Shown piece after piece: positions 1 to 7,223 of a stretch of 64,000 bases of DNA; within the stretch, counting starts at the first letter, position 1; the number at the start of each line of letters is the position of its first letter. The notes beneath the pieces are model-generated. The model saw only the letters and a list, made by a program, of their open reading frames with translations, did not search any database and was not told the DNA's origin. The position numbers and the translations under genes were made by a program. Source of the DNA: Verrucomicrobiota bacterium. Its GTDB lineage: Bacteria; Verrucomicrobiota; Verrucomicrobiia; Limisphaerales; JADLHS01. Location: NCBI GenBank assembly GCA_039806955.1, contig JBDHQI010000003.1:29856-93855 (forward strand), read 5' to 3'.

Positions 1-1921
1 GTTCGTGCGCGGAAGACTCCATCGGCGGATGCTGCTTGCGCCAGTTCTCCTCCGCGATTTTGCCGTGCGCGACTGTGCTCGTGAGCACGAGGTCCATTTC
101 ACACTTCGGACATTTTCCGGGTTTGTCGGAGACCACATCGGCATGAACTGCCATCGGGCAGGTATAGAGCGTGGAAGGAATCGCGGCTGAAGTTGCAGAT
201 GGTTGAGGAATCGGCGGTGCTTCCATCACGGGAATGAGTGTCATGGCGCACTTGGGGCAGTTGCCGGGTTTCTCCGCGCGCACGTCATTGTGTTCGGGCA
301 TCGGGCAGGTGTAGTAAAGGAGCTTCCCGCCGGGTTGTAGTTTTTTCAGCGTCGCTTGAGACACGGGCACGAGCGTCATGGCGCACAGCGGGCACTTGCC
401 GGGTTGGTTGTATTCAATGGAGACGTGCTCCGGCATCGGGCAGATGTATTTGACGGTTGCGTTGGTGGCGGCGGAAGCCATGCCGGGCATTCCCTCGTGA
501 CCTGTTGCTGTCGCGCTTTCCTTGCCCGCCGATGTCGCCGGGCCGGATTCTTTTGGCTTCAACATCTTTTGGATGGCCTCGCGAAGTTGGCTCTCCGAAT
601 CCAACATGAATTGGCCGGACGTAACGATTCGTTCGCCTTCGTTCAATCCACTCAACACTTGATACATGTCACCCTCGGCCTGCGGACCGAGCGTGACGGT
701 GCGCGGATCGAACTTGCCGCCGTCCAACGCCACGAAAACGGTGGTCTTCTCACCGCTGCGCAAAATGGCCATGTCGGGCGCGAGCAACGCGGACGGTTCT
801 AACTCCGACATAACCTGAACCGTGGCAAACATTCCGGGTTTGAGGAAATAGCCGGGGTTGTGGAACTCCATCCGCACTTTTGCGGTGCGGGTTTTCTCGT
901 CCACATTCGGATAGATATAAGTCACCCGCCCACGGAACTCGCGGTCGTTCAGATACGAAAGTGTGACGGTCGCTTCCTGGCCGAGCTTGAGATAAACCAA
1001 ATCCTGTTCGTAAATCTGCGCCTGCACCCAGACCAGTCCCAAGTCAGCCAGCCGGTAAATCTTCATGCCGGCATCCACCATCTGGCCTTGGACCACCATT
1101 TTATCAGCTACAAATCCATCCTGCGGCGCGACGATTCGCAATGTCTTCGTCGCTTTCCGTGTCTTCTCCAGTTCGGCGATCTGCTCGTCTGAAATGTCGA
1201 AGAATTTCAATTTCGTCAGCGCGGAAGTTTTGAGTGCATCATTTCCCGCGCCCGCTTTGTTCGCGGGATCGGTGGCGAGCAGATACTCGACTTGCGCGCT
1301 GTAAAGCTCGGGCGAATAAATCTCGAACAGCGGATCGCCCTTCATCACCAGTTGCCCGGTGGCATTCACGTGAAGCTTTTCAATCCAGCCTTTGAACTTG
1401 GTCGTCACGTCCGCCAGCGCCGTCTCGTTATATTCAATCGCGCCGACAGTGCGAATGGCCCGGCGCAGCGGTCCTCGCGTGACGGTCGCGGTTCGGATTC
1501 CCATAGTCTGCGTGGTCACCGGGTCAACCGCGATGGCGGAAGATTCTGCCGCCGCCGCTTCATCTTCGTAAACCGCGACCATGTCCATGCCCATGCTGTC
1601 CTTGCCCGGCCCGGGCTTCACCTCGCCGGGATTCATGGTGGATTTGTAGTATTTAATCTTCCGTTCGCCGGACGTGGTAGGCGTGCCGCTTGCACCCGAT
1701 GCCTGTTTGCGAATGGGCGTGAGCTTCATGCCGCAAATCGGGCAGTTGCCGGGCGTGTCTTGAACGACCTGCGGGTGCATTCCGCAGGTGTAAAGGGTTT
1801 TGCCTTCCTTGGCGGACTCGCTCGTGACGGCGTGGTTGTGGCCGGTGGAACGTCCGGCGAAAAATGCGCCCACGCCAACTACGGCGATGGCAATAATGGC
1901 AACAATGGTCTTGGCTTTCAT
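1..1921 (-). CDS. RND efflux periplasmic adaptor (CusB/CzcB-type MFP) carrying 4 heavy-metal-binding CxxC modules; C-terminus runs off the window
   Basis: Not in ORF track because it leaves the window. My minus-strand translation from ATG 1921-1919 stays open to nt 1: MKAKTIVAIIAIAVVGVGAFFAG.. It has an N-terminal LYTCGMHPQVVQDTPGNCPICGMKL and an MFP core (VGAIEYNETALADVTTKFKGWIEKLHV; RIVAPQDGFVADKMVVQGQMV). Three C-terminal modules follow: KYICPMPEHV..PGKCPLCAMTL, YYTCPMPEHNDV..PGNCPKCAMTL, LYTCPMAVHADV..PGKCPKCEMDL. Confidence 0.85.
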   Translation of the reverse strand, partial: MKAKTIVAIIAIAVVGVGAFFAGRSTGHNHAVTSESAKEGKTLYTCGMHPQVVQDTPGNCPICGMKLTPIRKQASGASGTPTTSGERKIKYYKSTMNPGEVKPGPGKDSMGMDMVAVYEDEAAAAESSAIAVDPVTTQTMGIRTATVTRGPLRRAIRTVGAIEYNETALADVTTKFKGWIEKLHVNATGQLVMKGDPLFEIYSPELYSAQVEYLLATDPANKAGAGNDALKTSALTKLKFFDISDEQIAELEKTRKATKTLRIVAPQDGFVADKMVVQGQMVDAGMKIYRLADLGLVWVQAQIYEQDLVYLKLGQEATVTLSYLNDREFRGRVTYIYPNVDEKTRTAKVRMEFHNPGYFLKPGMFATVQVMSELEPSALLAPDMAILRSGEKTTVFVALDGGKFDPRTVTLGPQAEGDMYQVLSGLNEGERIVTSGQFMLDSESQLREAIQKMLKPKESGPATSAGKESATATGHEGMPGMASAATNATVKYICPMPEHVSIEYNQPGKCPLCAMTLVPVSQATLKKLQPGGKLLYYTCPMPEHNDVRAEKPGNCPKCAMTLIPVMEAPPIPQPSATSAAIPSTLYTCPMAVHADVVSDKPGKCPKCEMDLVLTSTVAHGKIAEENWRKQHPPMESSAHE

Positions 1922-1922
1922 A

Positions 1923-2345
1923 TCAGTGGGAGGATGGCGTCACCGAGTCGGAGGAATTGGTTGAGTTGTTCACGGACGGGGCAACCGTCCAGCCAGGAAT
2001 CGGCGGATGGCCGGGCGGCAAAGTCCGTTCCGGCACAGGTTCGTTTGTGCTTTTGGCGGCGCAGCAACCAGGATGATTCTCGCCGCTGCTGCCGCATTGT
2101 TCGTGGCCGGCTTTCATCTCGCCCGCAGGCACGAGGGCCATGCCGCACTTCGGGCAATCGCCCGGCTTGGCGCTCACCACGTCGGGGTGCATCGGACAGG
2201 TGTATTGCCCGCTGGCGACAGTTTTCGCCCGCACGTTTTGCAGGCGGGTTGGCACGTCGAAATACAGGCCCGCTGCCGCGCCGACAAAAATCGTCAATAC
2301 AAGAATGCCGAGAAACAGCCGGAGATTTTTGGAGAAGAAGTTCAT
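1923..2345 (-). CDS. membrane-anchored heavy-metal-binding-domain (HMBD) protein
   Basis: 140-aa ORF with an N-terminal TM (LRLFLGILVLTIFVGAAAGLY), then [25 protein letters not shown] and a Cys/His tail (HEQCGSSGENHPGCCAA). It lies between the tolC-like and MFP genes with 1-18 nt gaps. Confidence 0.7.
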   Translation of the reverse strand: MNFFSKNLRLFLGILVLTIFVGAAAGLYFDVPTRLQNVRAKTVASGQYTCPMHPDVVSAKPGDCPKCGMALVPAGEMKAGHEQCGSSGENHPGCCAAKSTNEPVPERTLPPGHPPIPGWTVAPSVNNSTNSSDSVTPSSH

Positions 2346-2363
2346 GGTTGATTGGGTTCGTTG

Positions 2364-3788
2364 TTACATTCCGCCCCGACTCTTTTTATTCATGGAAGGT
2401 TGCGCGCTCTTTGGGGTGTTGCTGCTCACACTGCCGGCCATCGCCGCGCCCGTCGGGGGCATTCCACGGACGATCAAGGACAGTTCCGCCAAAACCACTT
2501 CGCGTTGCGCGGCGACTTCCACCTTGTCCAACTGAAAACCGAGCAACGTGCGTTCGGCGTCAATCACGTTGATGAACTCCGTCTGCCCGGACAGATAACT
2601 CGCCCGCGCGACTTCCAGCGACTTCAGCGCCTTGGGCACAAGCTGGTCGTTCAAGACCTCCAGGTTGCGCGTAGTCTCACGGTAGAGATACATTCGTTCA
2701 GTCACGTCCACCGCGAGTTTGATTTGTTCGTCGGACAAGCGCGCCTGCGTGGAACGCTTGCTGGCCTGCGCTTCGGCGATTTGCGCTGCGATTTTGTCAC
2801 GCCAGATGGGCAACGAAACAGTTCCGAGCGGACGATAGAGCGTGGGATTCATCTTCACGTCCGCCATCAAGCCGAGGGTGAAATCCGGCAAGCGCGACCG
2901 CGTGGCCAAAGTGATCGAGGCTTCGGCAGCACGCACGTCAGCCGCCATCGCTTTCAGTTGGGTGTTCTGCGCCAAGGCCGCTTCAAACACCTGATTGCCG
3001 GAAAGGTCCAGCGCGGTGGATTCGAATCGGCTGGGCATCGGTGGTTCGGGGTCAGTCCCGCCCAAGCCGAGCGCGGCTTTGAATTGAGCCATGAGCGCGC
3101 TACGCGAGTCTTCGAGATTGGCGATTTCCGTCTGGAGGCTGTCCTGTTCGATCTGGGCGCGCAGCACGTCCTGCAAGGTGGCTTTGCCGACTTCGTTTTG
3201 GGCGCGGGCGGATTTTTCCACTTCGTTCAAGAGTTGCAGCGTCTCGCGATCAACGCGGATTTTTTCCGCCAAGAAATAAAGCTGGTAATAGGCACGCTTC
3301 ACATCGAATGCGCTCGCGAGTGCCGCTGACTGAAACGTGAAATACCGGGATTGACTCTCCTCCGACGCGATCTGCGCGCCGACGCGCAGCTTGTCCGGCC
3401 ACGGAATAGCTCCCATCAGACCGGGCATGACGGACGTGACGATGTTTTGAATGTCCATCTGAAACGTCAACTGCGGGTCAGGCAGCGACCGCGCCTGGGT
3501 GATGCGTTCAATGGATGACAACCAATCGTAGTATGCCGCTTCCACCTTGGGCTGGTTGAGCAGCGCGAACGCGAGATAATTGCTCAAGCCGGACTCGCCG
3601 GTCAGTTCAGGCAACGCGGGCTTTTCACCGTGCGGTCGGTAACTGCTCGCCGCCTCTTGCGCCTGACGACGCGCGGCCTTCTCGGTTTTCGTGGGAATGC
3701 CCTTGCAACCGGCGAGCAGCAAACCAACGAGCACAAGACTGGTTGCGCCAGTGAGCCAGCGGCGATGAGATTTGTTTTCTGAATTCAT
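2364..3788 (-). CDS. TolC-family outer-membrane efflux lipoprotein (CusC/CzcC-like)
   Basis: 474-aa ORF with a signal peptide and lipobox (VGLLLAGC) and helical-repeat OMF-like composition. It is the first large gene of a tolC - HMBD - MFP string on the same strand. Confidence 0.85.
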   Translation of the reverse strand: MNSENKSHRRWLTGATSLVLVGLLLAGCKGIPTKTEKAARRQAQEAASSYRPHGEKPALPELTGESGLSNYLAFALLNQPKVEAAYYDWLSSIERITQARSLPDPQLTFQMDIQNIVTSVMPGLMGAIPWPDKLRVGAQIASEESQSRYFTFQSAALASAFDVKRAYYQLYFLAEKIRVDRETLQLLNEVEKSARAQNEVGKATLQDVLRAQIEQDSLQTEIANLEDSRSALMAQFKAALGLGGTDPEPPMPSRFESTALDLSGNQVFEAALAQNTQLKAMAADVRAAEASITLATRSRLPDFTLGLMADVKMNPTLYRPLGTVSLPIWRDKIAAQIAEAQASKRSTQARLSDEQIKLAVDVTERMYLYRETTRNLEVLNDQLVPKALKSLEVARASYLSGQTEFINVIDAERTLLGFQLDKVEVAAQREVVLAELSLIVRGMPPTGAAMAGSVSSNTPKSAQPSMNKKSRGGM

Positions 3789-3835
3789 GCAGTCGAGTTT
3801 CGTTCAATTTCGTCACGACGACGAGCCGGATCGAG

Positions 3836-3982
3836 CTAGTGACAAGAACCCTGATGCGTGGAATGATCGGCTGCGCCGTCGCCTGTGGAAGCGCATCCCG
3901 TCAAAAAGATCACGCCCGCGAGTGCTACCGCGAGCGCGATGAGAGCGAAATTGATTTTGGAAAGGTCTCGGATTGGTTTCAT
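3836..3982 (-). CDS. mini-lipoprotein; predicted mature 19-aa His/Cys-tailed peptide
   Basis: Internal ATG (3982) of the 86-aa track ORF gives MKPIRDLSKINFALIALAVALAGVIFLTGC/ASTGDGAADHSTHQGSCH. Lipobox LTGC. It sits between the promoter motif at 4103-4127 and the tolC-like gene. A paralogue-like ORF lies at 20525-20644. Confidence 0.5.
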   Translation of the reverse strand: MKPIRDLSKINFALIALAVALAGVIFLTGCASTGDGAADHSTHQGSCH

Positions 3983-4102
3983 GGTCGGTTTCAAGTTTTG
4001 TCGTTGCTTTATTACCATTGCGACTCCGCCCCCATCGTTTGGGGCAGCGGAGTCGCGCAATTTTCCGCTTTGTGATCGGGAGCTTTTCCGCTCCACACAT
4101 TG

Positions 4103-4127
4103 ATTACGTTGTCGGAGACGGAATCCC
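4103..4127 (-). promoter_or_regulatory. ECF-type promoter candidate GGGATT-N13-CGTAAT
   Basis: Minus strand reads GAGGGATTCCGTCTCCGACAACGTAATCAAT. Geometry is the same as five other sites in the window. It lies 121 nt upstream of the 3982 start, ahead of the RND operon 1 genes. Confidence 0.55.
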
Positions 4128-4150
4128 TCCAGATTTTTTCTGTGGCCTGC

Positions 4151-4534
4151 TTAATGAAGCGGAGCGTATGGGACGGTGAGATAAACGTGGTGTGCGATGT
4201 ATTGGCTGGCCGCAAAATGCGCTTGCGTGCCCGATGCCGGATGGAAATGCACCTTCACGGATCTTCCTGGTTCAATCTCCTCGGGCCGAATCGGAATCCC
4301 GTTCTTCCAAAACTTTGTGCTCCTGTCCCACGCGAAGACAACAGGCTCACCCGGCTTCAACGGCAACAAGGTGAGACTTTGGTTTGTGAGATTTATGGAC
4401 TGGAGTGTGCCGTCGAAGCTCAAGCCGTGAATTGATCCGGGGTAGGCGCGGTGACTCGCGCAACCAGACCAAACCAAACCGGCCATGAGGAGAGTAAAGC
4501 CAGCGATCAGGAAATTCTTTCGCGTGGTTTTCAT
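4151..4534 (-). CDS. small lipoprotein, tandem paralogue of 4531-4872
   Basis: Start moved to MKTTRKNFLIAGFTLLMAGLVWSGC (lipobox). ATGA overlap with the upstream stop (4531-4534). It shares S-I-(N/E)-L-T-N..L.L...K....F.W..ST.F motifs with its neighbour. Confidence 0.6.
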   Translation of the reverse strand: MKTTRKNFLIAGFTLLMAGLVWSGCASHRAYPGSIHGLSFDGTLQSINLTNQSLTLLPLKPGEPVVFAWDRSTKFWKNGIPIRPEEIEPGRSVKVHFHPASGTQAHFAASQYIAHHVYLTVPYAPLH

Positions 4535-4872
4535 TTCTGATTTCGGTTGGCCTCGCTCCACCGCACTTCACGCAACACAAGTTTTCCGCTCTCTCTGCGG
4601 TAATACACCTTGATGGGCTGGCCTGCACGAAGTGAATTGGGCGATGTCTTTTGCCCGCCAACAAGAAAGCGCGTGGAATCCTTCCAGATGAAGATGCGAT
4701 TGGTCGCAGCCTTGGGTTCAGTCAGAACCAGAGTATGGTTCGTCAGCTCAATGCTTTGAACCACACCTTGAGCCGGATGCTGCACGGGCGGACGCGCCTG
4801 AGTCTCGAATGCCGCCAACGTCACGCCGAGCAGAATCAGAAAGCGAGTTAAAATGAGCGCGGGGAGTTTCAT
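4531..4872 (-). CDS. small secreted protein, tandem paralogue of 4151-4534
   Basis: Start moved to ATG 4872 (MKLPALILTRFLILLGVTLAAFETQA, signal peptide). The upstream part of the 173-aa track ORF is Arg/Gly-rich and looks non-coding. Confidence 0.6.
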   Translation of the reverse strand: MKLPALILTRFLILLGVTLAAFETQARPPVQHPAQGVVQSIELTNHTLVLTEPKAATNRIFIWKDSTRFLVGGQKTSPNSLRAGQPIKVYYRRESGKLVLREVRWSEANRNQK

Positions 4873-4919
4873 AGGTCTTTCATTGGTTCTCTTGTGGCAA
4901 AAAGACTGCGCGACACCGT

Positions 4920-5222
4920 TCAGTGTTGCATCAATAACGTTGCGCCTTTTACCGGCTCGCTGCTTCCAACGCTTGTGTGATGGCCCGCGTTGTTGGTGGC
5001 GCAGGAGGTCGTGATCACCGCGAGCAACACGGCCAGCGCCGCCGCTTGGCACGCTTTGATTGCGCGCGGTGATCGAATTGTGCTTGCGGAGTTCATTGAT
5101 GGTTGCTCAATGAGATTGCTGTTTCCCGGCGTGGGAATCGGGCGGGACGCCGCCGCGCACATTGCCAGAACGAAGAGCGCTGCGAGCAGCGTCCACAGAA
5201 TTGCGATGAGCCAGATTCCCAT
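4920..5222 (-). CDS. small hydrophobic protein (or a 58-aa His-containing lipoprotein from an internal start)
   Basis: 100-aa ORF with two hydrophobic segments. The internal MNSASTIRSPRAIKACQAAALAVLLAVITTSC/ATNNAGHHTS..LLMQH would be a short lipoprotein. There is no homology anchor. Confidence 0.35.
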   Translation of the reverse strand: MGIWLIAILWTLLAALFVLAMCAAASRPIPTPGNSNLIEQPSMNSASTIRSPRAIKACQAAALAVLLAVITTSCATNNAGHHTSVGSSEPVKGATLLMQH

Positions 5223-5258
5223 AACCGGTTTGTGTTTTGGTTGGTGACGTGACGTGCC

Positions 5259-5729
5259 TTACTTCAGCGGCGCAACTTCCACGTTTTTCTTCTCCATGCC
5301 TTTGGTGGCAACGCTGCTGCCCTTGCTCGTGTTGCAGCATGCGGCACTTTCCGCGCCGCATGACGAGCAAGTGTGGGTGGCAACGGATTGTTTGGCTTTG
5401 CCGTGGCCCACGATTTTCCAATCCGTTCCGCAGCCGTCGCAGAGGTGCGTCGAGACGCGGATGAGCGGCTTGTTTGCCCCTCGCGCGGAATAATCCACTC
5501 GCTCCGTCACTTTGTCTTTGCACTTTGCGCACGGCATCGCCGGGATTTCGGCAACCGCAGGAACAGGACTGTGATTCCGCTTATACTCATCGAGGAACTG
5601 GCGCTGTTTCGGCGAGGCAGTAATGCCATCGTCGCCCGTGGGTTTGTATTGGGCCTGTGCTGAACCGGCGAACAGGGACAGGGCAATGCCTGCCAGCGCC
5701 GCGATCAGGAGGTTGTTTGTGCGTTTCAT
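5259..5729 (-). CDS. secreted fusion protein: one ASPK repeat + 8-Cys domain + VAPLK tail
   Basis: Signal peptide MKRTNNLLIAALAGIALSLFAGSAQA, then GDDGITASPKQRQFLDEY. The Cys domain follows: PCAKCK..THLCDGCG..HGKA..THTCSSCGAESAACCNT..KGMEKK. It ends NVEVAPLK. Confidence 0.75.
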   Translation of the reverse strand: MKRTNNLLIAALAGIALSLFAGSAQAQYKPTGDDGITASPKQRQFLDEYKRNHSPVPAVAEIPAMPCAKCKDKVTERVDYSARGANKPLIRVSTHLCDGCGTDWKIVGHGKAKQSVATHTCSSCGAESAACCNTSKGSSVATKGMEKKNVEVAPLK

Positions 5730-5794
5730 AGTTTGCCTTTCGTTTTGTGGTGGTTTGTTTGTTGGTGTGATCCCTTTCGCCCGATGTAAATTGC

Positions 5795-6091
5795 CTATTT
5801 GCCGGTCCAGACAGTGACGGAGGGCGTCGCGTTGTTCGGCGCGTGCAACTCAATGAGCCGGGCAGCGCCGCCCTTGGCGGTCTTCGCTTCGTTGCGGGAA
5901 GGCGTTGCTGACCTGGACGTCCAGATGGTGACGGACGCCGTGGCATTGTTCGGCGCGTGGAGTTGAATCAACTGCGAAGCGCCGCCTTTGGCCGTCGAGG
6001 TTTCGGCGGCGGCGACAATTCCCGCGCTCGTGACGAGCAGAGCTGTTGCGATAGTGAGCCGGGCTAGCGCCGTGATTCGATTCGTTTTCAT
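5795..6091 (-). CDS. secreted protein with two tandem ~40-aa repeats
   Basis: Start moved to ATG 6091 (MKTNRITALARLTIATALLVTSAGIVAA). Repeats are AKGGASQLIQLHAPNNATASVTIWT and AKGGAARLIELHAPNNATPSVTVWT. Confidence 0.6.
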   Translation of the reverse strand: MKTNRITALARLTIATALLVTSAGIVAAAETSTAKGGASQLIQLHAPNNATASVTIWTSRSATPSRNEAKTAKGGAARLIELHAPNNATPSVTVWTGK

Positions 6092-6125
6092 ATTCGTGGG
6101 CTTTCGTCGTGAATTCATTCCGCCT

Positions 6126-6575
6126 CTACTTGAGCGGCGCGACCTCGATGGTTTCCGCCGCAGGCTTGTAACCCCGCGCGAGCCACGGAAACTGTTCAAT
6201 GGCCCTCGGGCTGGCCGCGTAAGCGCGATTCTTGAGCACCCTGGCAATCTCACTGTTCACGGATGCTGGTGTGGTCGTCGGCTTCGCGGTGTTGACGCGG
6301 GCCAACTGCGGGAACTGCTCCAACATGCGCGGGCTGGCGGCCAGCGCGCGGTTGTTCCTGATGTTGGCTGGAACGCTGTCGAAGCGTGTGCTTGATGCCG
6401 TCGTCGCCGACGACTGACGTGTCAGCCAGGGGAACTGCTCCTTCGCACGCGGACTGGCGGCGATGGCGCGGTTGGACAAGTCTTTGACCGAGAAGTCGGC
6501 GGCTTGGATGGTTGCGGTTGCGGTGAGGAGAGCGGCGGCGACCGCTCCCAGCAGAAGTGTTTGTGTCGTTTTCAT
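6126..6575 (-). CDS. secreted repeat protein (3x AASPR..EQFPxL) with IEVAPLK tail
   Basis: 149-aa ORF with a signal peptide ..ATATIQA. Repeats are RAIAASPRAKEQFPWL, RALAASPRMLEQFPQL and RAYAASPRAIEQFPWL. The C-terminus is ETIEVAPLK. Confidence 0.7.
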   Translation of the reverse strand: MKTTQTLLLGAVAAALLTATATIQAADFSVKDLSNRAIAASPRAKEQFPWLTRQSSATTASSTRFDSVPANIRNNRALAASPRMLEQFPQLARVNTAKPTTTPASVNSEIARVLKNRAYAASPRAIEQFPWLARGYKPAAETIEVAPLK

Positions 6576-6634
6576 AGTAAAGTGTTTGCTTTTGTTTTTG
6601 TTATTTCCGGCGATGTCTCTGCCGTTCTCCCTTT

Positions 6635-6659
6635 AATACGTTCGCAGAGTGGAAATCCC
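6635..6659 (-). promoter_or_regulatory. ECF-type promoter candidate GGGATT-N13-CGTATT
   Basis: Minus strand reads AAGGGGATTTCCACTCTGCGAACGTATTAAAG, 60 nt upstream of start 6575. Confidence 0.55.
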
Positions 6660-6761
6660 CTTTGCCATTCCTTGCTATTCGTCGAACATTTTTTGCTCAC
6701 TGCGGCGCAATCGAGGAACGGGATGAAATCCTCTCCGCAAATTGAAGGGCGAGCAGCGGCG

Positions 6762-7022
6762 TTAACTCACCGCAATCAATGATACCTTTTCCCCTTGCGG
6801 GCCGCGCGCCGTGCCCAGCGCGTGGGCATCCAGTGTCGGAACGCCATCAACGAGGAACAGGTAACGATGGTGGCCGTGATGGAGCGGAATCTGGATCGTC
6901 CAGCCGCCATCGGGCTGGCGTTGCATCGGATGCGAGGTGTGATTCCAGTCATTGAAATCCCCCGTCACAAATACCGCTCCGGCTTGGGCGGATCGGTGGA
7001 ACAAGCTGACTGGTTTGCTCAT
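6762..7022 (-). CDS. stand-alone CBM48 / AMPK-beta glycogen-binding-domain-like (E-set) protein
   Basis: Start moved to ATG 7022 (MSKPVSLFHR..). Motif AVFVTGDFNDWNHTSHPMQRQPDGGWTIQIPLHHGHHRYLFLVDGVPTLD fits the xVxVxGxFNxW...W....L.pG.y.Y.f.VDG pattern. No signal peptide. Confidence 0.7.
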   Translation of the reverse strand: MSKPVSLFHRSAQAGAVFVTGDFNDWNHTSHPMQRQPDGGWTIQIPLHHGHHRYLFLVDGVPTLDAHALGTARGPQGEKVSLIAVS

Positions 7023-7140
7023 CCGTTTCGCGGAGTAGCAGTTTGTCGGGAAGCATGAACCCGGTGAGCGCCGAGATGTTTCAGCTTCCACGAGATCAAT
7101 GTCCGTCGTTGCGTAGTTCGGTTGCATAACTCTATCCATG

Positions 7141-7165
7141 ACTACGCCACTCCCGACTCCCGCCC
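7141..7165 (-). promoter_or_regulatory. weak variant of the ECF-type motif (GGGCGG-N13-CGTAGT)
   Basis: Minus strand reads AGGGCGGGAGTCGGGAGTGGCGTAGTCATGG. Spacing is correct (13 nt) and it lies 119 nt upstream of start 7022, but the -35-like hexamer is degenerate. Confidence 0.3.
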
Positions 7166-7223
7166 TTGCCGAAGAAATGGACGCTTGATTGTGAACGGGG
7201 AGAAACTGGACCAATGAAGGGCG

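Noticed and set aside
1292-2572. 426-aa plus-strand ORF spanning the MFP/HMBD/tolC-like region
   Set aside because: It is antisense to three well-supported minus-strand genes. Its Arg/Gly/Ser-rich low-complexity translation is typical of a shadow ORF in high-GC DNA.
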